52,166 bases of DNA from contig CAZEYR010000002.1 of the NCBI GenBank assembly GCA_964516735.1, forward strand, positions 1 through 52,166, given 5' to 3'. Below, piece after piece: positions 26,654 through 36,172 of the stretch (its first letter is position 1; each line of letters begins with the position of its first letter). Under the pieces are notes generated by a model. That model made no database searches, was not told where the DNA came from, and saw only the letters and a program-made list of their open reading frames with translations. The stretch comes from an uncultured Gammaproteobacteria bacterium (GTDB lineage: Bacteria > Patescibacteriota > Patescibacteriia > Magasanikbacterales > GWA2-37-8). The position numbers were made by a program, and so were the translations under genes.

Positions 26654-27889
26654 ATGAAAATAAAACATTTATTGTTTTTTGGGGTTTTACTAGGGGGATT
26701 ATTGTTAACCCCAGTTTTTGTTTTAGATAAAGTTAACGCCGCTACAGATACTAACAGCACAGAGATTGAAATTTTAAACAAAGAAATCGCTGTTAAAAAA
26801 GATAAAATTAAACAACTGGAAGAGACGATCGAAAAATACAACAAAGAAATAGAACAAAAAAGAACAGAGGCAATATCTTTAAAAAATCAATTGAATATCT
26901 TAGACACCCATTTAGAAAAAATAGAAGCAGATATTGAATTGACACAAAATCAGATTGCCGAAGCTAATTTGCAGATTAGCGCCTTACAAATTTCTATTTT
27001 AGAAAAAGAAACAGTGATCGCGAGGCAAAAAATAATTATAGCCAAGATGGTACAAGACATCCATGCTGAAGATCAAAAAAATTATGTGGAAATAATGTTG
27101 ACCAATAAAAGTTTTGCGGATTTTTTTAATCAAGTAAAATATTTGGAAAATGTCTATACCGATTTGGGCCGTTCAGCAAAAACCTTGCGTTTAGCTAAAG
27201 AAGAATTGGAAAATAAAAAAAATCAACTAGAAACTAAGAAAAAAACTTTAGAAAAATTAAAAAACGATTTGGAAAATAAGAGAAAAGATTTGAGCGAGCA
27301 AACTTTTAGCAAGCAGACTTTATTGGCTCAAACACATGGCCAGGAATTACAATATCGTACCTTATTATCTAGTTTAAAACAGCAGTATCAAGCAGTAGAG
27401 GGAGAAGTAAAAAATTACGAAGACCAAGTTAGAAAAAAATTATCAGCCCAAGACAAGATTGATGATAACTCTTCTGGACAATTATTTTGGCCGGTGGTGA
27501 GTCATTATGTTACCTCATATTTTCATGACCCGGACTATCCTTATCGTCGGGTATTTGAACATAGTGGTATAGATATACGCGCTTCTCAGGGTGCGGCTGT
27601 GCGGGCGGCCTCGTCCGGTTATGTAGCTCAGGCCAAACGTTGTTCGTCCGCTTCTTGCTATAGTTACGTTTTGATTATCCATTCCAATACGATTTCCACA
27701 CTTTATGGCCATTTGAGCAGTATCACAGTAGCCAATGATCAATTTGTGGGTAAAGGTGATGTGATTGGGTATTCGGGCGGCACTCCGGGCACTGTAGGGG
27801 CTGGGCCATTTGTTACCGGGCCGCATTTGCATTTTGAAGTGCGCCAAAACGGTATTCCAACTAATCCTTTAAACTTTTTAGTACAATAA
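26654..27889 (+). CDS. M23-family metallopeptidase with a long N-terminal coiled coil (EnvC-like)
   Basis: Signal peptide, about 250 aa of heptad-rich sequence, then HSGIDIRA ... GPHLHFEVRQNG (M23 HxxxD / HxH motifs). Confidence 0.85.
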   Translation: MKIKHLLFFGVLLGGLLLTPVFVLDKVNAATDTNSTEIEILNKEIAVKKDKIKQLEETIEKYNKEIEQKRTEAISLKNQLNILDTHLEKIEADIELTQNQIAEANLQISALQISILEKETVIARQKIIIAKMVQDIHAEDQKNYVEIMLTNKSFADFFNQVKYLENVYTDLGRSAKTLRLAKEELENKKNQLETKKKTLEKLKNDLENKRKDLSEQTFSKQTLLAQTHGQELQYRTLLSSLKQQYQAVEGEVKNYEDQVRKKLSAQDKIDDNSSGQLFWPVVSHYVTSYFHDPDYPYRRVFEHSGIDIRASQGAAVRAASSGYVAQAKRCSSASCYSYVLIIHSNTISTLYGHLSSITVANDQFVGKGDVIGYSGGTPGTVGAGPFVTGPHLHFEVRQNGIPTNPLNFLVQ

Positions 27890-27897
27890 TTAATTAT

Positions 27898-28962
27898 ATG
27901 AAAAAGAAATTGTTGAAAGTGGGAGTTTTGATGGGGGGTCCGTCTACGGAGAGGGAAGTGTCAATGATTACCGGCCAAGCGGTGTTTGATAATTTAGATC
28001 GTAAAAAATATAGTGTCTCTAAAATTATCATGGGCAGAGATAGTACTTTTGTCTTAAAACAAAAAAATGGTCGGAGTCGTAAATTAGATTTTTTAAATAA
28101 AGATCGCAAATTGTTTGATCTAATTTTTATTGCTATGCATGGCACTCCGGGAGAAGACGGCACTGTACAAGGATTGTTTCAATTTTTAGGAATTAAATAT
28201 ACTGGCCCAGAAGCTTTGTCCAGCGCTTTGGCTATGAATAAAGTTTATTCTGCTATGGTATATTATGCGAACGGTTTACCGCATCCGGAATTTATTCATT
28301 TTAAAAAAGAGGGTTGGAAACATAGAAAAGAAAAAATATTGTCAGATATTAAAGTTAGGGTGGGCTTTCCTTTAGTATTAAAACCAGTGGATCAGGGTTC
28401 GGCCGTAGGTGTAACAATTGTAAAACAAGAAAAAGAACTGGAAAAAGAAATTAATAAAACTATTAAACAATTTTCTTGGCTGATGGCTCAGAAATTTATT
28501 AAAGGCCAAGAGGGGACCTGTGGAGTAATCGAAAAAGACGATCAATTGATGCCCTTGCCGCCAACCCATATTTTGGCTAATTTGAGTGAGTTTTACGATT
28601 ATAAATCAAAATATTCGAAGGGTGGTTCTACTCATGTTTGTCCAGCCGATTTTCCAGAAGAAATAAATCATCAAATGCAGGATTTAGCTTTAGCGGCTCA
28701 TCAGGTGTTGGGTTGTCGTGGCATGTCTCGCACGGATATTTTTTATTGCGAGAAGAAAAAGGAAAAAAAATATGACCATTGCGAACATGGTGAAAATGGT
28801 TGCGGGCATGACCATTGTGGGTGCGAGCAGGGAGAGTTATATGTAATTGAAACTAATACTATTCCAGGTATGACGCCGACTAGTTTGTTTCCAGAAGCGG
28901 TTGGCAAGGTAGGAATTGGGTTCAGTGAAATGTTGGATTTAATCATTAAGGCGAGTTTGTAA
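27898..28962 (+). CDS. ddl: D-alanine--D-alanine ligase with a His/Cys-rich insertion
   Basis: VLMGGPSTEREVS, FIAMHGTPGEDGTVQG and ETNTIPGMT are Ddl motifs. Extra segment KKKEKKYDHCEHGENGCGHDHCGCEQ precedes the last motif. Confidence 0.9.
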   Translation: MKKKLLKVGVLMGGPSTEREVSMITGQAVFDNLDRKKYSVSKIIMGRDSTFVLKQKNGRSRKLDFLNKDRKLFDLIFIAMHGTPGEDGTVQGLFQFLGIKYTGPEALSSALAMNKVYSAMVYYANGLPHPEFIHFKKEGWKHRKEKILSDIKVRVGFPLVLKPVDQGSAVGVTIVKQEKELEKEINKTIKQFSWLMAQKFIKGQEGTCGVIEKDDQLMPLPPTHILANLSEFYDYKSKYSKGGSTHVCPADFPEEINHQMQDLALAAHQVLGCRGMSRTDIFYCEKKKEKKYDHCEHGENGCGHDHCGCEQGELYVIETNTIPGMTPTSLFPEAVGKVGIGFSEMLDLIIKASL

Positions 28963-28967
28963 TTTTT

Positions 28968-29438
28968 ATGAATAAGTTTTCAATAAAATTTCCTATTATA
29001 ATCGGACTTATTTTTTTGACTGGCTTTGGCTGTAATAAACATAAAATCGTATTAGAAAATACCGACGGCCCGATCAATAAACAAAAAAATTATGCCACAT
29101 CAGTAGAACAATCTTCGGAGCAGTTTGAAGGCAGTTTGGTAGATTATTATAAAATGATACAAGCCGAAAAAAATACTAAAATAATAAATGCTACTAGCGG
29201 GTATAAATGGATATATAGAAATCATCAAGAGAAACCGTGGTGTGTTTTTACATTAGAGTTGCCTAGTGTTGAGAAAAAAGGAAATATAAATAAAAAAATT
29301 ATTGGGCTAGAAAGCGATATTTTACCTAAGGATTGCGACTATAATAGTATGTCTTTAGAAAATACCTCGATAAACGAAGAAATTATTAATGCGCTTAAGG
29401 TTTTGATGAGTGAGTTGGAGGAGGGGGTGGAAAAATAA
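28968..29438 (+). CDS. hypothetical secreted protein or lipoprotein
   Basis: N-terminal hydrophobic segment ending in GFGC (imperfect lipobox). No family motif recognised. Confidence 0.5.
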   Translation: MNKFSIKFPIIIGLIFLTGFGCNKHKIVLENTDGPINKQKNYATSVEQSSEQFEGSLVDYYKMIQAEKNTKIINATSGYKWIYRNHQEKPWCVFTLELPSVEKKGNINKKIIGLESDILPKDCDYNSMSLENTSINEEIINALKVLMSELEEGVEK

Positions 29439-29442
29439 TTTT

Positions 29443-30405
29443 TTATTTTTCCCCACTATGAAACTTTTTGTGTATATCGCGCAGACGAGGGTTGGTGACA
29501 TGTGTATATACTTGAGTAGTCATAATATTTTTGTGCCCCAACAATTCTTGTACCGAACGCATATCAGCACCTTGCTCAAGTAGATCGGTGGCAAAACTAT
29601 GGCGTAAAGTGTGCGGAGTGGTGTCCACTGGTAGACCGGCCATCATATTATATTTTTTTACTAAACGTTCGATAGAACGTACGGTGAGACGGTGATCATT
29701 ATCATCGTCTCCTTTTTTATAGTTAATAAACAGGGGAGGGAACATATCTTTTCTGGTCTTCAAATAATTGGCCAGCCATCTGAGTGAGCGGTTGGAAAAA
29801 TATATGGTGCGTACCGATCCACCTTTACCGGCGATAGATAATTCAAAATCTTTAAATTTATTTTCCAACAACCCCTTCAAATCAAACTGTCTAATATTAA
29901 GCGACGTTAATTCGGAAACACGCATACCCGTGGAGTAGAGGACTTCCAAAATAGCTCGATCGCGCATGCCGTCAACAGTGGCCATATCCGGTGTATTCAT
30001 TAATTTTTCCACTTGTGCAAAATTTAAGAATTTTATTTTTTTATCTTTATCAGTTAATTTGGGCAATTTAATTTTTTCAGTTGGCAGACATTGAATGTCT
30101 CGAACGGTAAAATAATTTAATAGGTTGCGTAAAGCGATTAGATAGTAGTTTTGAGTGGTCTTTTTTATAAAAGCCCCTGAAGCGTCTTTGTGGCGTGAAA
30201 GGTATAATCTATAGTCCCAAACATGCTCTGGTTTTAGCTCGTGGGCCTTGATATCATACAGCCGGTTTTCCCGAAGCCACTGTATAAAGACCTTTAGAAA
30301 GTTGTGATAGTTACGAGTAGAGACGGGAGAGAGACCTTTTTCTACCTCGCAATATTCTAAAAAGTCTGGAATGTGGGCGACTAGGGTTTTATAGGATTTG
30401 TTCAT
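29443..30405 (-). CDS. tyrosine recombinase, XerC/XerD-like
   Basis: SAM-like N-domain; catalytic residues in GMRVSEL (R), HTLRHSFAT (HxxR), LGH and VYTHV (Y). Confidence 0.88.
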   Translation of the reverse strand: MNKSYKTLVAHIPDFLEYCEVEKGLSPVSTRNYHNFLKVFIQWLRENRLYDIKAHELKPEHVWDYRLYLSRHKDASGAFIKKTTQNYYLIALRNLLNYFTVRDIQCLPTEKIKLPKLTDKDKKIKFLNFAQVEKLMNTPDMATVDGMRDRAILEVLYSTGMRVSELTSLNIRQFDLKGLLENKFKDFELSIAGKGGSVRTIYFSNRSLRWLANYLKTRKDMFPPLFINYKKGDDDNDHRLTVRSIERLVKKYNMMAGLPVDTTPHTLRHSFATDLLEQGADMRSVQELLGHKNIMTTQVYTHVTNPRLRDIHKKFHSGEK

Positions 30406-30515
30406 ATTGCATAAAGGTTTTAGGCGTATAATACGCCTCTTAATCTATGTTATACGACATTATATCTATTCTAAATAAAAAACGGTATTTCGTCAAATTA
30501 TCATCCTCTCCTCTA

Positions 30516-31595
30516 TTATTTCCAATAGACCCGATCAGAAAAACGGAGATCAATATATTCATTTATAATATTGTCTTTCAATACCTCCTTCATTCTGGTC
30601 AGCTGTTCAGTTAAATCTTTGGTTGGGTCAAAAATGATAACCCATGGCAGGTCGGTATGAGTAGTAATTCCTCCCAATGGATGCTCACAGGTCATGTATT
30701 TTACACTCATCCCCTCTTTCTCTAAAATATCCGACCAAACGATAGTATTTTCAATTATTTTTTTACTGATAATGTTTGGCTGTTTTTCTGTCACAGAAAT
30801 ATTTCTCGTGTCATACAAAATTACATATGAACCAAAATTCTTTTTTATTTTTCTAAATTCCGGTATGTGAGTTTTGATCAGCTCTTTTTCTTCATTAGGC
30901 AGTGTGATTCCCTGGATCAAAGATGAAATTGCGGGGGTGCTGGTGGTTGACAAAGAACTAGTAGCCATAACAGTCGCTTCAGTGGCATTTTTTTCGTTTG
31001 AGGGTGGTACAATCATACCACCCTCTTTGGAAATATTGACCTCTGGATTTTCTGCTTTGTCTAAAAATTTTAAAACCCCGCCTTCATTGTCCAAAAGATA
31101 ATATCCCAAACCGTTGTCATAAATGATAGTGGAAATTTTTTCGTCCAAGTCCACTAGTAATTCACTCGGAAAAATTTTTTTGACTTTGATAGAGTTGAGC
31201 GAATATTTTTCGGAAAGTTTTTTTTCTAAACTTTTGGTATTGATTAAAAAATAACCATTGGGCGTCATCACCAGTCGGTTGTTTAAAAGATCGTTTTTAA
31301 TTGTACTATCGATGTCTTCTTTTTTAATAAAATTTAAACCTAAGTAAGTAATTTTGGTAATTTTAAAATATGGCAAATAAATTAAAATTCCCACCCATCC
31401 CAAAATAATCACAGCTAAGAGTATTAAATATATTTTGGTTCGGCTTTTCTTTTTAGATGCCGGTCGTTTGTATGGATTGACCAAAAAACCTGAATTTTCT
31501 TGAGTTATTTCAAGTTTTTCTGATGTTGGTGCTGGAGTGGCTCCGGGTTTGTCTTGTCGGAAATTATATTGTGAACGATAAAATTCGTGGTTCAT
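30516..31595 (-). CDS. FtsQ/DivIB-like cell-division protein (TM plus POTRA)
   Basis: Single TM segment (IYLILLAVIILGWVGILIYL) followed by a POTRA-like ITKITYLGLNFIKKEDI. Context includes ddl and alr. Confidence 0.7.
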   Translation of the reverse strand: MNHEFYRSQYNFRQDKPGATPAPTSEKLEITQENSGFLVNPYKRPASKKKSRTKIYLILLAVIILGWVGILIYLPYFKITKITYLGLNFIKKEDIDSTIKNDLLNNRLVMTPNGYFLINTKSLEKKLSEKYSLNSIKVKKIFPSELLVDLDEKISTIIYDNGLGYYLLDNEGGVLKFLDKAENPEVNISKEGGMIVPPSNEKNATEATVMATSSLSTTSTPAISSLIQGITLPNEEKELIKTHIPEFRKIKKNFGSYVILYDTRNISVTEKQPNIISKKIIENTIVWSDILEKEGMSVKYMTCEHPLGGITTHTDLPWVIIFDPTKDLTEQLTRMKEVLKDNIINEYIDLRFSDRVYWK

Positions 31596-32701
31596 TTTAA
31601 TCTCCTAGGTATTAATGGATTGATCCGATCGACGATTTCATAATTGATTGTTTGGGCTATTTTAGCCAATTCGTCGACTGTTATGATGTTATTTTTTTGT
31701 TTCCCGATTAAAATCACTCGATCGCCCTCACCAGCCTCAACCCCAGTGATATCTACAATAGTCAAATTCATGCAAATACGGCCTCTGACAGGGCATTTTA
31801 CTCCGTTAATTAATACTTGGCCCTGATTGGAAAAACGTCGGTCATAACCATCGTAATAACCCACCGGTATGATAGCTAATTTACTTGTTTTTTTAGTGGT
31901 ATAAGTGTTGCCATAGCCGATTTTGGTGCCAGTCGGGACAATTTTGGTCTGGATGATAGTAGTGTTCCAAGTTAAAGCCGGTTTTAATTGTACCTTATTA
32001 CGAGTTTGTTCGGCGGGGTGTAATCCATAAAGGCTTAAACCTAAACGTATGGCATTAAAACCCTCCAGTTTGAAAGCCACTGTGGCAGCCGAACAGGACA
32101 TATGTTTGATCCTCGGCTCTACCCTATTATTTTTTAAAATTTTTAAAGCATCCTGAAAATTATCATATTGTTTTTGTGTATATTGGGCATCATCTTCACT
32201 GGAAGCAAAATGACTCCACACTCCTTCAATTTCTAAGTATTTTAAATATTTAATCGATTGAATAAATTTTTTTAGATCCTGGGGGAGAACGCCGATACGC
32301 GAAGTGCCAGTATCTATTTTAAGATGCACCTTAATTTTTTTATTCAACCTATCCCCTACTTTGTTTAGCGTTTTAGCTTGCTTTAGCGAAAATAACGGAA
32401 AAATCACTTTATTTTTAGCTAATTTTAGCAAAATTTTCTCATCTAAAACGAAAAAACTCAATATCATGATTGGTTTTTTTATACCCATTTCAATCAAAAC
32501 CGTTGCTTCGTCGGAATTTACTACACAAATTCGATCGACCACCTTGTTTTGGCTGCAAATTTTAGCTATTTCAAGAAAACCATGACCGTAAGCGTTGGCT
32601 TTTATGACCGGCATCAGTAATCTGTTTGGGCCAATAATTTTTCTAAATTGTTTTAAATTGTAATTTATGGCTTTTGAATCGATTTCTACCCAAGTGAACA
32701 T
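31592..32701 (-). CDS. alr: alanine racemase
   Basis: PVIKANAYGHG PLP-lysine motif, typical length and C-terminal beta domain. Confidence 0.9.
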   Translation of the reverse strand: MFTWVEIDSKAINYNLKQFRKIIGPNRLLMPVIKANAYGHGFLEIAKICSQNKVVDRICVVNSDEATVLIEMGIKKPIMILSFFVLDEKILLKLAKNKVIFPLFSLKQAKTLNKVGDRLNKKIKVHLKIDTGTSRIGVLPQDLKKFIQSIKYLKYLEIEGVWSHFASSEDDAQYTQKQYDNFQDALKILKNNRVEPRIKHMSCSAATVAFKLEGFNAIRLGLSLYGLHPAEQTRNKVQLKPALTWNTTIIQTKIVPTGTKIGYGNTYTTKKTSKLAIIPVGYYDGYDRRFSNQGQVLINGVKCPVRGRICMNLTIVDITGVEAGEGDRVILIGKQKNNIITVDELAKIAQTINYEIVDRINPLIPRRLK

Positions 32702-32702
32702 A

Positions 32703-33461
32703 TTACATTTTCTTGGCTTTCAAAAACATGAATAAAGGAATTTCCGTACGAGCTTTATTTTCCGCTTCTTGGCGTGGGCTGGCAGTAGTTTTGCGATGTG
32801 AGATCCATTCTTCCATGGCGATTACTCCAAAATTATTTTTTCCTAAAGCTTTAAAGTAATATTGCAACGGCCGATGAAAACTGATAGTGAAATCCGATGG
32901 ATTACTGCCGGGGCGGGTCTGAATTTTTATTTTACTTTCTGATAAATATTTATCTACGCGGCGATATTGAATTTTATTTTTGTCGTCCCATCCCCATTTG
33001 CTAGCTTGTGGATTGCGAAAAGCCGGATGGTTTAAAACCAAATTTAATTCGCCGTTAGGCCTGAGCACCCTGGCGCATTCTTTTAAAACCCCAGAAGCAT
33101 TTTCTATATTTTGTATTGCTAATATACAAACAATTTTATCTACGGTTTTATCTTTTAAAAAAGAGATATCGTCAGCTGATGAAACATAATAGGCAATTTC
33201 TTTTGGGGAATTTTTAATTGCGATATCAATCAATTCTTTAGCAATATCTGAAGCGAACACTTTGGCTCCGGCTTTGTAAAATTCTCGACTAAAAAAACCT
33301 TGCCCACAAGCTAAATCCAAAATTACCTCGCCTTTTTTGAGATTAATTTGTCGTAATAAATTCGGTAAAATTACTTGTTTTTGGTAGGCTTTATCATCTT
33401 TCAACAAATGATCATACCAATCAGCGGCCTTGCCCCAAGAAGTATTATTTTTGCTTTTCAT
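32703..33461 (-). CDS. class I SAM-dependent methyltransferase
   Basis: VLDLACGQGFFSREF motif I, plus motif II/III spacing. Confidence 0.8.
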   Translation of the reverse strand: MKSKNNTSWGKAADWYDHLLKDDKAYQKQVILPNLLRQINLKKGEVILDLACGQGFFSREFYKAGAKVFASDIAKELIDIAIKNSPKEIAYYVSSADDISFLKDKTVDKIVCILAIQNIENASGVLKECARVLRPNGELNLVLNHPAFRNPQASKWGWDDKNKIQYRRVDKYLSESKIKIQTRPGSNPSDFTISFHRPLQYYFKALGKNNFGVIAMEEWISHRKTTASPRQEAENKARTEIPLFMFLKAKKM

Positions 33462-33467
33462 ACCCCA

Positions 33468-34733
33468 TTATATTTTTTTAAATCCAGTATATTTTTGCAG
33501 GGTTTTTGGCAAGCCGATAGTACCGTCGGCTTGCTGATGATTTTCTATCAAGGCAATCGGAAAACGACTTAAAACTATAGCAGTGCCGTTTAAGGTGTGT
33601 ACGAACTCATTGTTGCCGTCTTCTTTTTTGTATTTGATGTTTAGGCGGCGTGCTTGATAATCTAAACAGTTGCTGGTACTGGTGATTTCACCATATCCGC
33701 CGTTATCATTTTTACCTCCTTGCATAATCATCCAAGCTTCAATATCAAATTTACGATAAGCCGGTCCGCCCAAATCGCCAGAAGCAATATCAATTACACG
33801 GTATGGTATTTCTAATCCGTCAACGATTTCTTTTTCAATATCCAAAATCTCTTGATGATATTTTTCACTATCTTCTGGTTTGCAAAAAACAAACATTTCT
33901 AATTTGGTAAATTGGTGAACGCGATATAAACCTTTACTGGTGCGGCCATAAGAACCGGCTTCAGTGCGGAAACAGTGAGAAACTGCGACATATTTTTTAG
34001 GGCCTTTGGACAAATCTAAGATCTCTCCGGCATGATACCCACCCACGGTGATTTCAGCGGTGCCGACCAAGCTTAGGTCAGTGTTTTCAATAGAATAAAC
34101 CTGAGTTTCATTGCCGCGCGGATTAAAACCAATGCCGGTTAAAATTTCGTCTTTCGCCAAATCTGGAGTTTCAAGCAGGGTGTAGCCATGTTCCGTGGCA
34201 ATATCCATGCCATAATTTAATAGAGCAATATTCAAGCGCACCATGTTATTTTTGGTGAAATAAAATTTAGCACCGGATGTCTTGGTTGCCCTTTCAAAAT
34301 CAATTAAATCATTTTGGATCATTAATTCTTCGTGGTCTTTGGGATTAAAATCAAAATTTGTTGGTTTTTTATTAGTATAGATTACTTTATAATCCTCTTC
34401 TCCGCCAATTGGGGTTTCTGGATGGGTTAAGTTTGGCACTTGCAACAAAAGATTTTTATATTCTTTTTCTACCACAGCCAACTCGCCTTCCAATTTTTTT
34501 ATTTGTTCCCCCACCTCTCGCATTTTGGCAATTTCTTCCGGGGTCGGTTTACCTTTAGATTTTTTGTTGCGTAAAGACCGTAAGTCCTCCGCTTTTTTAA
34601 GATATTCTTTGCGCTCCTCGTCTTTTTTTAACAAAGCTTCTACGTCAATTTTTACTCGACGATTTTTACAGTTTGTTTTAATTGTTTCAATATTTTCTCG
34701 GATAAATTTGATGTCCAACATATGATTAGTCAA
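33468..34733 (-). CDS. serS: serine--tRNA ligase
   Basis: N-terminal coiled-coil arm; class II motifs (FRTEAGS, GTAIVLSR). Confidence 0.95.
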   Translation of the reverse strand: MTNHMLDIKFIRENIETIKTNCKNRRVKIDVEALLKKDEERKEYLKKAEDLRSLRNKKSKGKPTPEEIAKMREVGEQIKKLEGELAVVEKEYKNLLLQVPNLTHPETPIGGEEDYKVIYTNKKPTNFDFNPKDHEELMIQNDLIDFERATKTSGAKFYFTKNNMVRLNIALLNYGMDIATEHGYTLLETPDLAKDEILTGIGFNPRGNETQVYSIENTDLSLVGTAEITVGGYHAGEILDLSKGPKKYVAVSHCFRTEAGSYGRTSKGLYRVHQFTKLEMFVFCKPEDSEKYHQEILDIEKEIVDGLEIPYRVIDIASGDLGGPAYRKFDIEAWMIMQGGKNDNGGYGEITSTSNCLDYQARRLNIKYKKEDGNNEFVHTLNGTAIVLSRFPIALIENHQQADGTIGLPKTLQKYTGFKKI

Positions 34734-35769
34734 TATACTTTTTTAATATTTTATAGTTTTTTACGGCTTGTATCGATCTTTTATTTAAAGGTAAAAGATT
34801 TAATTTTAAAGCTTCTTCAAAAGTAAACCATCCATGATCGGCGGTTTCGGCATCGGCCGGTTTGTATACGCCTCCAGCGGCCGTACAGATATATAGTGTT
34901 AAAAATACCTTATAATTACCGGCTTTTTCTCCATTATGAATACTTAATATTTCTGGTAAAATTTCTTGTATTTTAATATCATAACCGGTTTCTTCTTTTA
35001 CCTCGCGCAACAAACATTCTTCTATTTCTTCCGATAACTCTACTCCTCCGCCGGGAAATTCCCACGCCCCATTAAATTCTGGGCGTAGGTCACGACGCTG
35101 TGTTAGTAGCATTTTGCGATCTTTGATAATAATCGCAGCTGGAACAATGAACTGTTTATAGCTGTATTGTTTTTGTAAAAAATGTTTAATTTGATTTATA
35201 ATTTGTCCACGATGGCTGACATTGTTTTTTTTATAAATGTCTATCTCGGCAAAATGTTTTTGCAATGGAGGAAAATAAAAGATAGAATCATACCCCATTC
35301 CTTCACGAGAAATTTTAGATTCTTTTTCGGCTATTATTCCGTCCACTCGTCCATTAAAAACATAGAAGTTATTTTTATCTGGATCAAATACACAGGCATC
35401 AGTTTCAAAATGCGCTCGACGCTGATCGCTGGCCACATTTTTAAGAGCTTGTAAAATAATTTGATTGCGATTTTCGGCGTTTGTACCTAGTCTTTTAGCT
35501 TTTACTCCAGGTTCACCATTTAAATAATCTACATAAAAACCCGTGTCTTCGGCGATAGTTAAGAGACCAGTTTTTTGGGCGTAGAATCTAGCTTTAAAAA
35601 CGGCATTCTCCCAAGTCGTGTTATATGGCTCGTCTGGTTCTTCGCCGGTATATTTTATATCTTTTAGATTAACAAAATTAAAAAATAAATCTGCAAATTG
35701 GGCAGTAAATTCTTTAAATTTACCAACATTAGTCGTTGCGATCAAAATTCTTTTTTCGATTTTTTCCAT
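34726..35769 (-). CDS. fusion protein: RdgB/HAM1 non-canonical purine NTP pyrophosphatase plus NUDIX hydrolase
   Basis: N-terminal ILIATTNVGKFKEF and FYFPP...SHRG (HAM1 family). C-terminal Nudix box GGGVELSEEIEECLLREVKEETG. Confidence 0.8.
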   Translation of the reverse strand: MEKIEKRILIATTNVGKFKEFTAQFADLFFNFVNLKDIKYTGEEPDEPYNTTWENAVFKARFYAQKTGLLTIAEDTGFYVDYLNGEPGVKAKRLGTNAENRNQIILQALKNVASDQRRAHFETDACVFDPDKNNFYVFNGRVDGIIAEKESKISREGMGYDSIFYFPPLQKHFAEIDIYKKNNVSHRGQIINQIKHFLQKQYSYKQFIVPAAIIIKDRKMLLTQRRDLRPEFNGAWEFPGGGVELSEEIEECLLREVKEETGYDIKIQEILPEILSIHNGEKAGNYKVFLTLYICTAAGGVYKPADAETADHGWFTFEEALKLNLLPLNKRSIQAVKNYKILKKYID

Positions 35770-35771
35770 AA

Positions 35772-36170
35772 TTATTTTTTAGCTAAAAGCGAACTCTTAT
35801 AAACCTCTGGTAGATAGGGAGACAGACGAACAATTTGTACGTGGGGCTCTACGGCATCAGATAAATTATCAACAAAAGCCCGTTGATCATAACCTAGAGC
35901 CACCACATCAGGTTTTTCTTCGGCAATCGCTTGGTATTTATTTTCCCCAAGGCAACCCAATCGAACTTTATCAGCAATGCCTAATTCTTCAACAGCCTTT
36001 AATCTAGTCTGATCATTATTTTTTGGTTCTCGCCCTTTGATCTGGCAAACTGTATTGTTTCTGGCAATTACCGCTACTAAGTAATCCCCGTATTCTTTGG
36101 CTTCTTTCAACATATGAACATGTCCGGGATGTATTAGATCAAAGGTGCCAAAAACGATCACTTTTTTCAT
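35772..36170 (-). CDS. cytidylyltransferase-like nucleotidyltransferase (RibL/TagD-like family)
   Basis: VIVFGTFDLIHPGHVHMLKEAKEYGD is the (H/T)xGH nucleotidyltransferase motif. 132 aa. Confidence 0.75.
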   Translation of the reverse strand: MKKVIVFGTFDLIHPGHVHMLKEAKEYGDYLVAVIARNNTVCQIKGREPKNNDQTRLKAVEELGIADKVRLGCLGENKYQAIAEEKPDVVALGYDQRAFVDNLSDAVEPHVQIVRLSPYLPEVYKSSLLAKK

Positions 36171-36172
36171 AG

